Shown here: piece by piece, positions 35,433-48,489 of the stretch
Numbering within the stretch: the stretch's first letter is position 1
Layout: every line of letters starts with the position of its first letter
Source: the human T2T-CHM13v2.0 reference genome, Homo sapiens
DNA: 64,000 nucleotides
Reading direction: 5' to 3' (one strand)
Assembly (NCBI RefSeq): GCF_009914755.1
Contig: NC_060940.1
Notes under the pieces: model-generated
Database searches by the model: none
What the model saw: the letters and a program-made list of their open reading frames with translations, nothing else
Told to the model about the DNA's origin: nothing
Translations under genes and position numbers: made by a program

Positions 35433-36924
35433 AATATAGTTGAATAAAACAACTTTGCAGATATAGACAGTTCAAAACATTTTTTTCTGTTGCTTAATTG
35501 TATCCTCTGAGGGGTTATAAATATGTCTGAGAAGAATTACGTGATGAGATAAAATAGCAAAATTTTTTGTTCTTAGTATCTACCACAAAACACATATTGT
35601 TATAACAAAATATGAACTGTGGTTCTAAAAAAAGTAGAAAGTGAAATCAAAAAAACAGGCAGTTCATCTTCTTTCATCTTCCTTTGTTTTACCAGAATCT
35701 TAAACATGATCATAAAAATCTCTGTTTGGATTTACTCATTTGATGTTTATTGAATTTAGCCAAAACAAGGTAAAGACTCCTCATCCATGGCATAGTATTT
35801 TAAAGTCATGCAAAACAATTGTGCTTCAGCTAAATTATTTTGTAGATTGTGAAAGCATTTTTAGCAATGAACAAAAATATTCTGCTTTTGATGTTTTGGA
35901 GGGGGAAATCAATAAAACCTCTTAAGTATGTGACATAAAGAAAGGAGTATTATATAGGATACAAAAAGCTTTATACTACAGTTAGTCTAATGGTCATAAC
36001 TGTAAATGGTATTGGAAAATGTATATAGTAAATTAAGTCTCACAAGCTCTGAATTTGCGGCGGGCAATTTAAAGAGGATTTCCTCACTTCTTCCCTAGGG
36101 GAGATGAGTGGGGGATCTCTCACACAGGCCTGCCTCTTCACCATCCATCATTTCAAAGGGACATATATCGGTCTCCAAAGTGCTTTAAGGCAGCTGCAAG
36201 CAAGTGTCACTTTGAGTTAAATGCATTATTAAACTGTTGGGAAATTTCACATCATGGGTCATTTATCTATGCTAAATTGGGTCAAAAGCCTCTACACATG
36301 CCTAGATAAATGAGAGAGAAGAGCAAAATTCTCCTGTGGGAAGTAGTACTTTGACAAGCTTTATGAGTGTGGTTTATTTATTTATTGAGTAGCCATGGGG
36401 AAGGGAGGTTTTCTTGTTTTTGTTGTATATGTGCATGTAGTTATTTTAAGAGCTCATCAAACAAACACAGCACAGAAATAGTCTTATCTAATAAATATAG
36501 TTAGTATTTACCACGCCTACAATGCCACAAATTAGATTTTGTGGAAAGCATAAATCATTAAATATTCATTTAACAACCATTTGAGTGTGTTCTGTGTGTC
36601 ATACATTGTATAAGAAGTAGGGAGTGTGAAAATAATTATTTTAGGTGTAACTTTAAATCCTAAATTCTGCAGTTATTTCCAGCATGGTGGGAAATACCTG
36701 ATTGCCTTATATTTATATTTTTAAAAAATGGAGTGTGGATGCAGACAAGGGAAGGATTAGTTCTTCCAGACTTTAAAAGAGGCAGTGCAGGAGAGAGAGC
36801 AGGGCCTTCAATGATGGGTAGTGATTTGCCAGATAAAGGAAGTCCAGGAGTCCAGTTCCAGGATGAAGGAACAGCGGGAGAGAAGAAAGAGGGAAGCAGA
36901 AATGGAGTTATGATGATGATGTAA

Positions 36925-37057
36925 TTAAGGACATAATTATAGAGTGCCCAAATTAGGACACTTTATAGAACAAAAGGGGGCACTATTAATAAGTAAACTG
37001 GGACAACAGATATAAACCAAATCTGTCCCAAACAAATGGAAACACACGGTTAACTGA
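36925..37057 (+). mobile_element. MER94-like hAT-Blackjack non-autonomous DNA transposon
   Basis: ggacacttt...aaagggggcactattaataa...ctgggacaacag...ctgtccc. Confidence 0.6.
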
Positions 37058-37109
37058 GGTGTGTCCTTATCCTTGCAAGGGCTTACATGCTGATGTTACA
37101 GTATTAGTA

Positions 37110-37199
37110 AAAGGTGATGTGAATGTACTTACTGCCACTGAACTACACATCTGAAAATGGGCAAAATGGTAAATTGTATGTTATGTATGTTTTACCACA
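37110..37199 (+). mobile_element. L1MB 3' terminal fragment
   Basis: gtgaatgtacttactgccactgaact...atgttatgtatgttttaccaca. Confidence 0.75.
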
Positions 37200-37240
37200 T
37201 TGTGGTATTCACACAATGGAATCCTGCTCAGCAATTAGAT

Positions 37241-37288
37241 GGCTTCCCAAAGTGCTGGGATTACAGGCATGAGCCACCATGTGCAGCC
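37241..37288 (-). mobile_element. Alu 5'-end remnant (about 48 bp; remainder lost)
   Basis: cccaaagtgctgggattacaggcatgagccacc. Confidence 0.9.
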
Positions 37289-40200
37289 TTTGTTATTGAT
37301 TTCTGATTTAATTACATGGTAGTGGAAAAGTATACTTGGCGTAATTTAAATTCTCTTAAGTTTATTGAGGCCTGTTTAAGGCCCACCACATGTCCTATGA
37401 TGGAAAATATTACATATCCACTTGAGAATAATGTATTTCTGCTGTTGTTGAGTGGAATGTTCTAGGTTCTAGGTTTATTAGGTCTAATTGATTTATAGTC
37501 TTATTCAAGTCCTCTATTTTTTTTTTTTTGACATACCTTGTTGTTCTATCCATTACTGAAAGTGGGATATTTTAAGTCTCCAACTATTGTAGTTGAATTT
37601 TGTCAGTTTCTGGTTTATCTACTTTGAGGCTCTGTTTTAGTTTTATGTATACATATTTATAATTTTTATATGATGCTGATGGACTGACCCTTTTAGCAGG
37701 ATAAATATCTCTTGTAATCTCTAGTATTATTTTTGTTTTAAAAATCTATTTTTTCTATTTCTATTACTATAGGTATGTTAGCTTTTTTTTTTTTTCTTTT
37801 TTTGAGACAGTCTCACTTTGCTGCCCAGGCTGGAGTGCAGTGACACAATCTTGGCTCGCTGCAACCTCCGCTCCCCAAGGCTCAAGTGATTCTCTTGCCT
37901 CAGGCTCCCAACTAGCTGGGATCACAGGCACATGCCAACACACCCAGCTAATTTTTGTATTTTTAGTGTATATGAGGTTTTGCCATGTTGTCCAGGCTGG
38001 TCTCAAGCTCCTGGCCTCAAGTGATCCCCCCGCGTCAGCCTCCCAAAGTGCTGGGATTACAGGTGTGAGCCTCTGTGCCCTGCCACTCAGCTTTCTTTTG
38101 GTTGCTATTTGAATGATATATATTTTTCCACCCTATTACTTTCAATCTATTTGTGTCTTTGGATCTATATAATGTGTATCGTATAGATAACACATAGTTG
38201 AATCATAGTTGTTGTTTTTAAATCCAGTCTGAAAATCTCTGTTCTATCCACTCACATTTAATGTTGTTATTAATATGCTTGGATTTATGTATGTCACTTA
38301 AGTTTTTGCTTTTGGTGTTTCATATCGTTTTATGTTTCTCTGTTCCTCCATTTCTTTCTTTTGCATTGAGTGAGTATTTTGTAGTAGAGCATTTTAATTA
38401 ATTTAGTTCTTTTTTCACTGTATTTTTTGAGGTTTTTAAAAAGTGGTTTCTATATGGTTTCCCCACAATATACATCAATATAGATGATCAGAATCAAATT
38501 TAGATTTACACCAACTTCAATGAGAAGTAGAAATCCTATTTCTAGATAACCCTATACTTTCTTACCCTCATTTTGTGCTATTATTTTTAAATGCATTATA
38601 TTTACATATGTTACCAGCCCAAAATAACATTATAACACTTTACATGAATTTATGCTTTCAAAGGAGCTGAGAAAACAAAGAAGAGGAAGTATATATTTCT
38701 AGAGTTTTGTTATATTAACCTTATTTATCATTTGATCTATTTCTATGGATTTGAGTAACCATTTGGTGTCCATTCCTTATTCAATACAGCTTTTCTTTCA
38801 TTCTGCTCCTTTGTGCTGTTACTGTCAAATATAATCCCAACAAAACAATTACAAGTACGTATCGGTTGTTGAATACAATCGCTTTTTAAAATTCATTAAT
38901 GAAGAAATAAAAAGAAATATGAATTTATACTCTCTTTTATAATTACATAATTATCTTTACTGGGACTCTGTTTTTTTATGTGGATTTGAAATACTTTCTG
39001 GGATTACATGTTTTCAGGCAGAAGAAATTCTTTCAATATGTCTTATAAGGTAGATCCGCTAACAACAACAACAAATCTGTTTTTATTTATTTTTGAAAGT
39101 CTTTATTTTGCCTTCATTTCAGTAAGGTAGGTTTGCTGGATATAAGATTCTTAGTTGAAAGACTTTGAAGATGTCATTCTACTTCCTTCTGGACTCACGT
39201 TGTTTCTGATGAGAAATCAGCCATTCATGTTATTGGAGCTTACTCACAAGTGATAACTTGTCTTCTTCTTGCTGCTTTTAAGATTCTCTTTGTCTTCTGA
39301 CATTTTTACTAAGATGTGTCTGATATGGCTCTTATTGTGTTTATCCTACTAGGTGGTTATTGAAATTCTTGGAAGGGCAGGTTAATGTTTTTCATCAAAT
39401 TTAAGAAGTTTTCAGCTATCATTTTTTTTGAATATCTTTTCTACTCCTTCCTTTCTCTATTCTGCTGATGCTCCCATTATTCATGTGTTGCTGAGCTTCT
39501 GATTGGTGAGAGTTTCTCTGAGGGGCAGATCGTTTTTCTTTGTTAATTTTTTCTCTATTTTTCAGATTGCAAAATCTCTGTCTCCAAGTTCATTAGTTCT
39601 TTCCTCTGCTTGCTAAAATCTACTGCTGAATTGCTGCAGTAAATGTTTTATTAAAATTATTGTACTTTTCAGTTCCAAAATTTTTTCTCTTATAATTTTT
39701 ATATCTTTATTTTAATCCTTTATTTGATGGGACATTATCGCACTTTACTTTTTTTAAGCACAGCTTTCCTTAGTTATTTGAATATATATCTAAAATATCT
39801 ATTTTTATATTTTTGTTTTTATCTAGATCTAACATCTGTGCTTTCTCAAAAGCAGTTTCTATTGCCTGTTTTTTCTCCTGTTGACTTGTAGTTACATTTT
39901 TTTCTCTTTATTTGTGTGTTTTGTACATTTTTGTTCTAAAAACTAGACATTTGTAAAAAGTCTTGTAACTACCCAGAATGCTAATTTTTCACTCTTTCCC
40001 AAATCTGTCTTTGTATCTTTTCTTGATTTCTCTGTTAAGCTGTCTGCCTTAGTTTGTATCACAGAAAGCTGTTAGCCTCCACTAATTTCCAGTTGTTTGT
40101 TTTATTGTTTCCAATTATTCCCTGAGGATATAAATTGCTCTAGCCTGATTCACTTAAATGCAGGCCATTTTTCAAAGGCAAATTTTGAGCCCAGTTTTTG

Positions 40201-41030
40201 AGGTTTGTTCCTTTTTCTAGCCGTCACTTCTTGGTTCTCTCGTTAAACCTATAGCTTGTTTGTAGCTTTTCTGGAGCTACCAGCATCCTCTTAATTGCTA
40301 GGCTTGACCTTTTCTACATTTATTCCAAATAAAGTCAGTTTCTTTGTAGAATTTCTCCACCCCTTAAGCAAACCTCTGCACCACTGCTCAGGAGCTTGGG
40401 AAGGGGAGAATGATCCACTTTTCGAGGAATGACACCCCCACTTCACATGTGGGGCAATGAGGTGGAGAAGCAGCCTCTGGTTTTCTTGGTTGCCTGTTCC
40501 GAGGTATAACATCTACCTTATGAGCAAACTGAGTGGAGGGCCCTTGGGGCCACTGTATTCTCACTCTACCACCCCTGGGCCCTTGCTTCTACCTATGAGT
40601 GGGAGCTGAATGGATGAAGAAAACCCGAGACCTCTTGGCCAGTCTTGTGTAGCATAGAGGTCCTGCAGCATGTAGCTTGGAATATGAGAAACACTGGCAA
40701 CCTGTGTCTTCCAGGGAGGTAATGTCGCCCTTAACTGAGAAGTGGAGGGAAAAGGAGTCCTGTGTTCTTGACTGCACCCACCAAAATGGAGCCCCTATCA
40801 TGCTGAGTTGGGTGGCGGGGAGTGGGGGAGCTAGTCTTGGCTCAATTACCACAGGATTGCTGTTCTTATTGAGATTTAGTAGATTTTTAAAAAATAAGTG
40901 TTTCTTCACTGGCTGCATTGCCTTAAGAAAATTTCCAGAGATTTGCATTATTTTAAACTATACACTTTCGCCGGTTATGGTTGTTTCCCTAGTGACAGGG
41001 TCTGTGTTACTCTTCATATCACCATCTAAA
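37289..41030 (-). mobile_element. Old L1M (L1M4/L1MC-type) 5'UTR, ORF1 and ORF2 start
   Basis: T-rich antisense L1 motifs (aagtctccaactattgtagttgaatt; ttttatttgccttcatt; gtttctgatgagaaatcagcc). Confidence 0.75.
37783..38084 (-). mobile_element. AluJb-like inside L1M
   Basis: Full dimer; ctcctggcctcaagtgatcc. Confidence 0.92.
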
Positions 41031-41479
41031 ATTATCTTTTGAAAGGAGTTTATCCAATCTGAAGGCAATTCCCTAATCATTTCTATGTCAAAGAAAGGGG
41101 CCTCTAGGTATAAAAAGTAAATTTTAAAAAAAGCCCTAATATTCACACCAGAACAGCTCTTTCCTCTTACTATCTTGATGCTGCCAGCATGTGATATCTC
41201 TCTGGTATTAATACTGGCACCTGAGCCATTTTCCAGACACTGAACTTTGAAACTCATCAGAAGAATGATTGAAATACTAACAACTGGGATGTTTTTATTC
41301 TAAAAATGTTCAGTTCTTATTCTGAAATTATCTCAGTTCTCTCCTTACATATAGTAAAGACAAATAAAAGGAGATAATCATATCTGGATAATATTGCATT
41401 ATGTGACCACAGAGGTACTTCTGAATTTTCATGAAATGCTTTGTTATTACTATAACAATAACAATACATAGCCAGTTCT

Positions 41480-41650
41480 AGTCCTCTAATACTAACATCA
41501 GTGCTAAGAGGTAGGTACCATTTTACCCCCATTTAACACATGGGGAACTGGAAACTTAAGTTCACATAGCAAGCAAGTAGTAGAGGGGAGACTGAGAACA
41601 TGAATCTCAGACAGATGGATTCCAAAGCCTCAGTCTTTAATCACCTTATC
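41480..41650 (-). mobile_element. MIR
   Basis: gaggtaggtaccatttttaccccattt...ggggaactgg. Confidence 0.6.
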
Positions 41651-41704
41651 ATTGTTTCACACTTCTCTAGTGTTAACCAATGCTAGAAACATTCATTAAG
41701 TACT

Positions 41705-42040
41705 GCATCTTACAAAATATTGTCCAGAGATCCCTGAAAGTCCTCAATACTCATTCAGGGATCCATGAAACTGTTTCATAAAAGCTATTTTCATAATATA
41801 AAGATATTATTTGCCTTTTTCATTCTGCTTCTCTCACTGGTATACAGTGGGGTTTCCAGAGGCCACAATACCCTGATTGGGAATGCTTCATTTGTTTGTA
41901 TAGCTTTGTATCCTGTATCTCCCTTTCTATTGCTAATGTGTTAAACATTGATAGATATAACCCAAACATATGAGGATCTTTGAGGCTATTTTTAAAGTTG
42001 CAATGGAATCCTAAGACCAAAATTTAGTTTGAGATCCACA
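41705..42040. mobile_element. hAT-Charlie-type non-autonomous DNA transposon relic, internally deleted
   Basis: ttatttgcctttttcattc...tacagtggggtttccagaggc; gatagatataaccca...cctaagaccaaaa...tttgaga. Confidence 0.55.
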
Positions 42041-42081
42041 TATTTAATTAATGCTACTGTAAATTATTCTAAACCATGTGG

Positions 42082-42282
42082 AACCATTGTTCTTCTATTT
42101 CTATGTATTCAATATTTTTAGATTCCAAATACATGTGAGATCATGCAGTATTTTCTTTTTCTGTGTCTGGCTTGTGTCACTTAGTATAATGTCCTCTAAA
42201 CCGTTCCATGTTATTGTAAATTGTACCATATCTTTCCATTTTCAAAGCTGAATAGCATTTCATTGTATATGTATAGCACAAT
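42082..42282 (-). mobile_element. L1MA-type 3' fragment
   Basis: tttttagattcc...gtgagatcatgcagtattt...ctggcttgtgtcacttag. Confidence 0.75.
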
Positions 42283-42969
42283 ATACAATTTAAAAAACAT
42301 ATTTGGAAGGAATTGAGTTTACATAACATACAATTTATAATTCCATGGCTTACAGAAAGAAAAGAAGTCCTTTTGCCTGTGATATGACATCACTAAAATT
42401 TTACTATTTTTACATTTTCTTTCTTAATTTGCCTTGCCTATCTTTAAGTTTAGAGTTAAAAGTGTAATTGTAGTGACAATTTACCCTAGTTGTCTGATAA
42501 CATATTATATTTTACTTATGTCAAAAATTTGGGGGTATCCTTTTTAGATATTTTATTGGTTCTATGTTATAATGTGCTTTAAACTTTTTAAAAATAGAAG
42601 TAACTGTAAATGTGAATTTTGCAAATTCAATACACTTCTTATGTTAATGAAAGTGGTCTGAATTAACACTCTTCCCTTTCATCCTTTTTTTTCTTATTCA
42701 TAAAATGACACTCTGTGGATGTGGGATAATGGAGGAATCAATTTTCATAACTGTGTGTTGTAAGAATTTCACAAAAGTAAACAAAAACTTAGCTGGTCTG
42801 ACATCTTAAATAGAGTTTTTTCTGTTTACTTACAGTAGTTTTGCTGCATTAATTGAAACTTAATCCCTCAGGAAATGGGGTACAGCACATCTCAGAGTAT
42901 TTCACCCAAGATCTGAGGAGTCCAGGGCATCATTTAAACATCAACTCCTGACAGTCATTGTTTGAGGGC

Positions 42970-43373
42970 CATATTAGTTTTCCAGTGCTGCCACAACAAA
43001 ATACCACAGACTGGGGGGCTTACACAATAGAAATTTGTTTTCTCACAGACTTGGAGGCTAGAAGTCCTAGATCAAGGTGCTGGGAGACTTGGTTTCTTCT
43101 GAGGCCTCTCTTACTGGCTAGCAGATGGCTGCCTTCCAATATGTCTTCACCTAGTCTTTCCTCTTTGGCCATGCATCCCTGGTGTCTCTCTGTGTGTCCA
43201 AATTTCCTCTTCTCATAAGGACACCAGTCAGATTGGATGAGGGCCAACCCTACTGGCCTCATTTTAACTTAATCTCTTTAAAGGTCCTATCTCCAAATAC
43301 TGTCACACTCCAAAGTCCTGGAGGGTAGAGTTCCAACATATGAATTTTGTGCCGGCACAATTCAGCTCCTAGC
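42970..43373 (-). mobile_element. MaLR solo LTR (MLT1B-like)
   Basis: tattagttt...aaataccacagactggg...aaggacaccagtcagattggat...cacaattcagctcctagca. Confidence 0.85.
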
Positions 43374-44235
43374 AAGGGATGTGCTGAGGTAGGAGGATTT
43401 TTTTTTGAACTACTTCTGATGTAGGCAAAGCAGGCTCAAGCTGCCAGTATAAATCTATGACAAAGAAATGCAGCTGTTCCCAGCTAGAAGTCAAACATGC
43501 ACTGCAACTGTGAGGGCAAGGGTATATGGGTGGGGCAAAACAACATCTTCCATCTCTACAGACAAAATTACGAGTATCCTAAGGTTGACCTTATCAATTC
43601 GTACATGGTGTAGTCTCTTTGTTTCAAGAGAGTAATGACCATATACATGCACATTTGACCAAATACATCTATCCACATTCTGTGTAAGTACCGAGAGAAC
43701 AAAATAAATGACACAAAGGGTTCATAGTCTATTGGGGTATATGATGTGAGTTCATTCATGGAAGAGATAGAGCCATGGGACATGGTGCCATGGGAGAGGG
43801 TGGGGAAATGAGGATACAGGTCATCAAATAGTGAAGGCTTTCATGCAGTGGTGACTCTTGAGCTGATTCTTGGAAAATAGATAGAAATCCATAAAATTGG
43901 CAAGAAGTTTGAGACAGAGATTTGGAAAGAATTTTGCATATGGAGTAAGCAGGATGGAGGTGGAAAGATAAGGATGGTGCATTAGTGCACTTAAATGTCC
44001 TATGGCAATGAGCTAGCATTTTTCAGTAGAGATGCTGGTAGAAAAGGCAGCTCTACTCTCCACTTCTTAGATTATAAACCATAGAAGGAACTTATTCACA
44101 GGTATTTTGTACTCAGCAATGCATTCAGAGGCTTTTCTCTTTCATTTTTTTTTCCTCATACAGTTGCAGAAGAGCAAAGTGACAAAAAGCAAACTAAGGC
44201 TTTCTCTGCAATTAGGAGTAAGCAGTTAAAGTTGT

Positions 44236-44247
44236 TCTCTCTCTCTT

Positions 44248-44293
<46 letters not shown>
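44236..44293. repeat. (TC)n microsatellite, imperfect
   Basis: Direct reading. Confidence 0.95.
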
Positions 44294-44294
<1 letters not shown>

Positions 44295-44914
44295 GGAGAA
44301 CCCAAAGCTGCTGGCAGCTGAGAAAAGCCACATGGAAGGATTTTTTATGCCAAGCTGGCTTGAATCCCAGAGTCATGCATATTCCTTTGAAAAGGGGTTT
44401 TGACTCCAGGCTAAGAAACCAGACTATGTTAGAAGGGAATATTCTCATCAAAGTCAGAGCATTTGCATTTAATTCAGCATTTTGCTCCATCCCAAGATAG
44501 CTTTTTTAGCTATTGCAAAATGTAAGACACTATTCCCCTGAGAAAGAAAAAAGGAATCATCCACTTGCCTTTTGAGACTTAAAATGAAGTGATTCCACAA
44601 TTACCATGGGCTTGATTAGAACTGTTTTCCTAAGTAAAAAGCGATCCTGTTTACTTACGGTGCATGCATGCATACATGTGCTTGTCTACTTTAAAAAGGG
44701 AAACAAGCAATCTAAAGTAGAAATCTTTAGAATTACATGGACTTTAACATTTTTAAGGTTTAATGCATGGCTAAATTAAGGGCCAGCACTAATTGTCCTA
44801 AAGCATAATATCTTCACTTGTAAAGAACGTTAGAAGAAAAATTATAGAGAAATTGGGCAATTTATGTTAACTTCTGCCAAGGATATTACTAGACCAGGCA
44901 ATATGTTACTCATC

Positions 44915-45020
44915 ACATATTACATGAGACATGCTTATACTAAAAATTATTTGTTGTTTATCTAAAAACCAAGTTTAACTGAATGTCCTGTATTTTTATT
45001 TACTAAATATGGCGAACCTA
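44915..45020. mobile_element. Half of a MER53-like hAT palindromic element
   Basis: cttatactaaaaattatttgttgtttatct...tttaactgaatgtcctgtattttt. Confidence 0.7.
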
Positions 45021-45496
45021 GGTCACTCAAGTTCTAACTGCAAGTACCAGAACTCAAACTAGGATTGCCTAAGCAAAGGTAACATTGTGAAGCATTGTGC
45101 GCTATTGATAGAAATATATCGTGGCACTATATTCAGTATTTTCTTTTCTTGTCTATGGAAAATGCTTGTGTACCGTGTACCGGTGTGCATTTATTTGTAT
45201 GATAGTTAAAAGGCCAGTGTTTGAAATTCCTAACACCGAGGTTGGAATTAATGCTCTTCCACCCGTCACTTATGCAATGTTACTCATATTTCTCTCAGAA
45301 CCTCAATGTTCTTACTTGTTAAAGGGGGATTATTTTGCCTCCACTGATATGTAGGTAAATACAAGTTGACCAATTGGCTTCTGCCTGACACTGCATGAAA
45401 AGTTAAACTTGAATCATTTCATTATATCTTCACGTGAAAACTCTGAGGGTAGACACTTGTAATAAGAATTCTGACTCCATCATTGTTGTTGTTGTT

Positions 45497-45733
45497 TTCT
45501 TTCTTTTCTTTTTTTTTTTTTTTTTTTTACTTTAAGTTCGGAGACACATGCGCAGAATGTGTAGGTTTGTTACACAGATATACATGTGCCATGGTGGTTT
45601 GCCGCACCTATCAACCTGTCATCTAGGTTTTAAGCCCCACATGCATCAGGTATTTGTCCTGATGCTCTCCCTCCCCTTGCTCCTTACTCCCCCAACAGGC
45701 CCCGGTGTGTGTTGTTCCCCTCCCTGTGTCCAT
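45497..45733 (-). mobile_element. 5'-truncated L1PA8-like 3' end
   Basis: catctaggttttaagcccc...tgctctccctccccttg diagnostic. Confidence 0.88.
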
Positions 45734-46089
45734 ACCAGCTTTAAAGCTTCACCTCTCCTTCTTCCCTGCTGCCTCACATCTGGGCAAGCTGGTAAGAAAG
45801 CCAGAGTGCTCCCTCCTTTGGTGTTAGAAGGGAGTTCAAACAATGGAAACTCTCATCACATCCCCACCCCAACTATCATAAAAGCCCCAAGCCAATTTCC
45901 TTTCCTTGATCTCTCCAACCACTTAAGGATCAGCTTCGGAAGCCTGCCTTTTTCTCCCCGGAAAGACTCATTTTGTGACTAATAAACATTTCACACTCTT
46001 TTGGGGTGTGTGTGTGTGTGTCTTCAGTTTTAACATCTGAACCAAACTTTGGAAGGCAGTCCATCCTGTTTCTTTGGAGTGGCTACAAA
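45734..46089 (+). mobile_element. ERVL LTR 3' part (LTR53-like)
   Basis: taagaaagccagagtgctccctcctttgg...aataaac...catctgaaccaaactttgg...gtccatcctg. Confidence 0.65.
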
Positions 46090-47082
46090 ATAATACTATT
46101 ATTTCCATAATTTAGAGATGAGAAAACTTGGGCTTAAATGAGGATTAACTTGCCCCCATCACACAAACTAGTAAATTATGCATCTGACTTTAGAGCTGCA
46201 GCTTACGGTGTTAGGAAGATAAAATGAGGTCTTTCATAGGAAATGTTTAGTCCAGCACTCAACACATGTTTAATGCCCCATAAATACCACCCACATCTAG
46301 GTAAAACGGGGAGGTCAGCATGTGTGGACATTAAAGTAGGTTATCGATTCACTGTTGTGCCATCTGCACAGAACTCAGAGCTTTCCTAGAAATAAAGGTT
46401 TACATGCGTAGCAAACAACCACCTGATGCTTGCAAACACTCTATGGCTCGTTTTTCAAAGCACTGAAAATGCACAGCTTCCATAAGTCCAAGACAAGAAG
46501 TTTATTTTGCAGTCTCACATCTTTCATTCCCCGGTTGTTTGTTGGCTGGCTGTCAACATGGCAACCCTCATCTGTCATCAGTGTATGTGTGCCTTCTATG
46601 CACGGCCTTTCATGGAGACTTGTAGGATATGTCTTCTATTTGCCTGAAAGGTGGACACTCTGCCAAGACACTTATGAATCCTAGTGTTCTCTGCCTTTCT
46701 GTGTAAGGTACAGTCAAACCTCCCCTAATCTGAGAATGACATCTCCTGAAACCTCTGTGATACACCAGGAAATCACTAGGGGGACAAGCATAGACCAGTA
46801 GAATGGGATGGCTGGGAAAGTAATGGATTCTCTGTCTTAGAATAATTAGAAACATTATTGCAAATACTTTTGAGCTAAAACCGTCCCTCTAACTCTCTGG
46901 TAGTTGGAGAACAGGTGTTCTCTACAAAGAACCCCTCAGATTTTATTTTGCGTGGCAGAAAAATATTTGATAGGTAGCAAAATTACCATTATAGCTAAAA
47001 ATACTTTTCTTGAAAATAGAGTCTCATCAAGGACTAAGACATGTATACTCACAGAATCCTAGAATATTAAGCTGGTCTTTCT

Positions 47083-47359
47083 TTTTTTTTTTAATTTTAT
47101 GTTAAGTTCTGGGACACATGTGCAGAACGTGCAAGTTTGTTACATAGGTATACATGTGCCATGGTGGTTTGCTGCACCCATCAACCCATCATCTAGGTTT
47201 TAAGCCCTGCATGCATTAGGTTTTTGTCCTAATGCTCTCCCTCCTCTTGCCCTCCACCTACCGACAGGTCCCAGTGTGTGATGTTCCCCTCCCTGTGTCC
47301 ATGTGTTCTCATTGTTCAACTCCCACTTATGAGTGAGAACCAAAAACATGTTTGGTTTT
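47083..47359 (-). mobile_element. 5'-truncated L1PA8-like 3' end
   Basis: Same diagnostics; TSD ctg(g/a)tctttct at 47072-47082 and 47360-47370. Confidence 0.9.
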
Positions 47360-47702
47360 CTGATCTTTCTAACAGCCAGTACTATTTCTCCTCCTCCTCA
47401 TTCAACTCAACTGCTGCTACCACTGTTAGTACAATTACTACTACTACTGCTATTAGTAATTGTAAGTAAGCATTCCCTAATAGTAGCTAGTTTATATCCT
47501 ACATGCTATTCTGTGTGTGCTTTATATGCAGGATTCCATCCTCTTTATTATACTATTAAGTAGACTTTATTACCTCCCGCTTTTTTGAATGAGGAAACTG
47601 TTACATGAAGCTGTGCCCATGTTATTCAGCTACTTGCTAGCCAAGCACGGATTTGATCACTGCTTCTTTGGCATCTAATTATCTTTAAATATCACTTTGT
47701 TT

Positions 47703-48127
47703 GGTATTGTACTTTAGATATCTGTCCACTCCAAACCGCTTGTTGAAATTTTATCTCCAATGTTAGAAGTGTGGCCTAATGGAAGGTGTTTGGGTCATTG
47801 AGGCAAATCCTTCATTAATAGATTAATGCCCTCCCTGGAGGGAGCAGAGGTGTGAGTGAATTTTCAGTCTCTTAGTTCCCATGAGAGCTGGTTGTTAAAA
47901 ATAGCCTCGCTCTTTCCCCAGTCTTTTGCTTCCTCCCTTGCCATTTGGTCTTTACATACATCATTTTCCCTCCATCTGTCACCACGAGTGGAAGCAGCCT
48001 GAGGCCCTCACCAGATCCCCAATCTTCATCCTTCCCCCCAGCAGAACCATAGCTCAACTGACCTCTTTTCTTTATAAATGACCATCCTCACATATTCCTT
48101 TATAGCAACACTACATGGAATAAGAAA
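47703..48127 (+). mobile_element. MaLR solo LTR (MSTB-like)
   Basis: tgttgaaattttatctccaatgtt...gtggaagcagcctgaggccctcaccaga...tattcctttatagcaaca. Confidence 0.85.
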
Positions 48128-48489
48128 CCTGGCATCTTCTGGTAGAGAAATCTGAATCCCAGATAACATGGTAACTAGTTCAAGGTTATAGGATAGGGTT
48201 TCTAGAATTCAAGTTTGCCTGGCCACAGATAAATACTGACTCTCATTTTCTTTCCTTATAGAACAGTAAAATGTTAATTCTATATCCTCAGTGGTGCCTT
48301 TTCTAGCTTTCGTGCTAAATAAAGGTCCTGATATTAGAAAGGACACTTTGCATACTGCACTTACGGAATGCTACTGCTCTGAGAGAGAAGGTGGGAGGTG
48401 CTCAGTGTGTGAGTTAGATATGCTTGTATCTGTAGCAATACCCTATATGTCCTTCTCTATCCTTCCCTCTCCCTCTGGATTTTTCTAAT

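Noticed and set aside
45497-47359. Two neighbouring L1PA8 3' fragments as a local duplication
   Set aside because: Different truncation points, unrelated flanks, many differences, and the second has its own TSD, so they are independent insertions.
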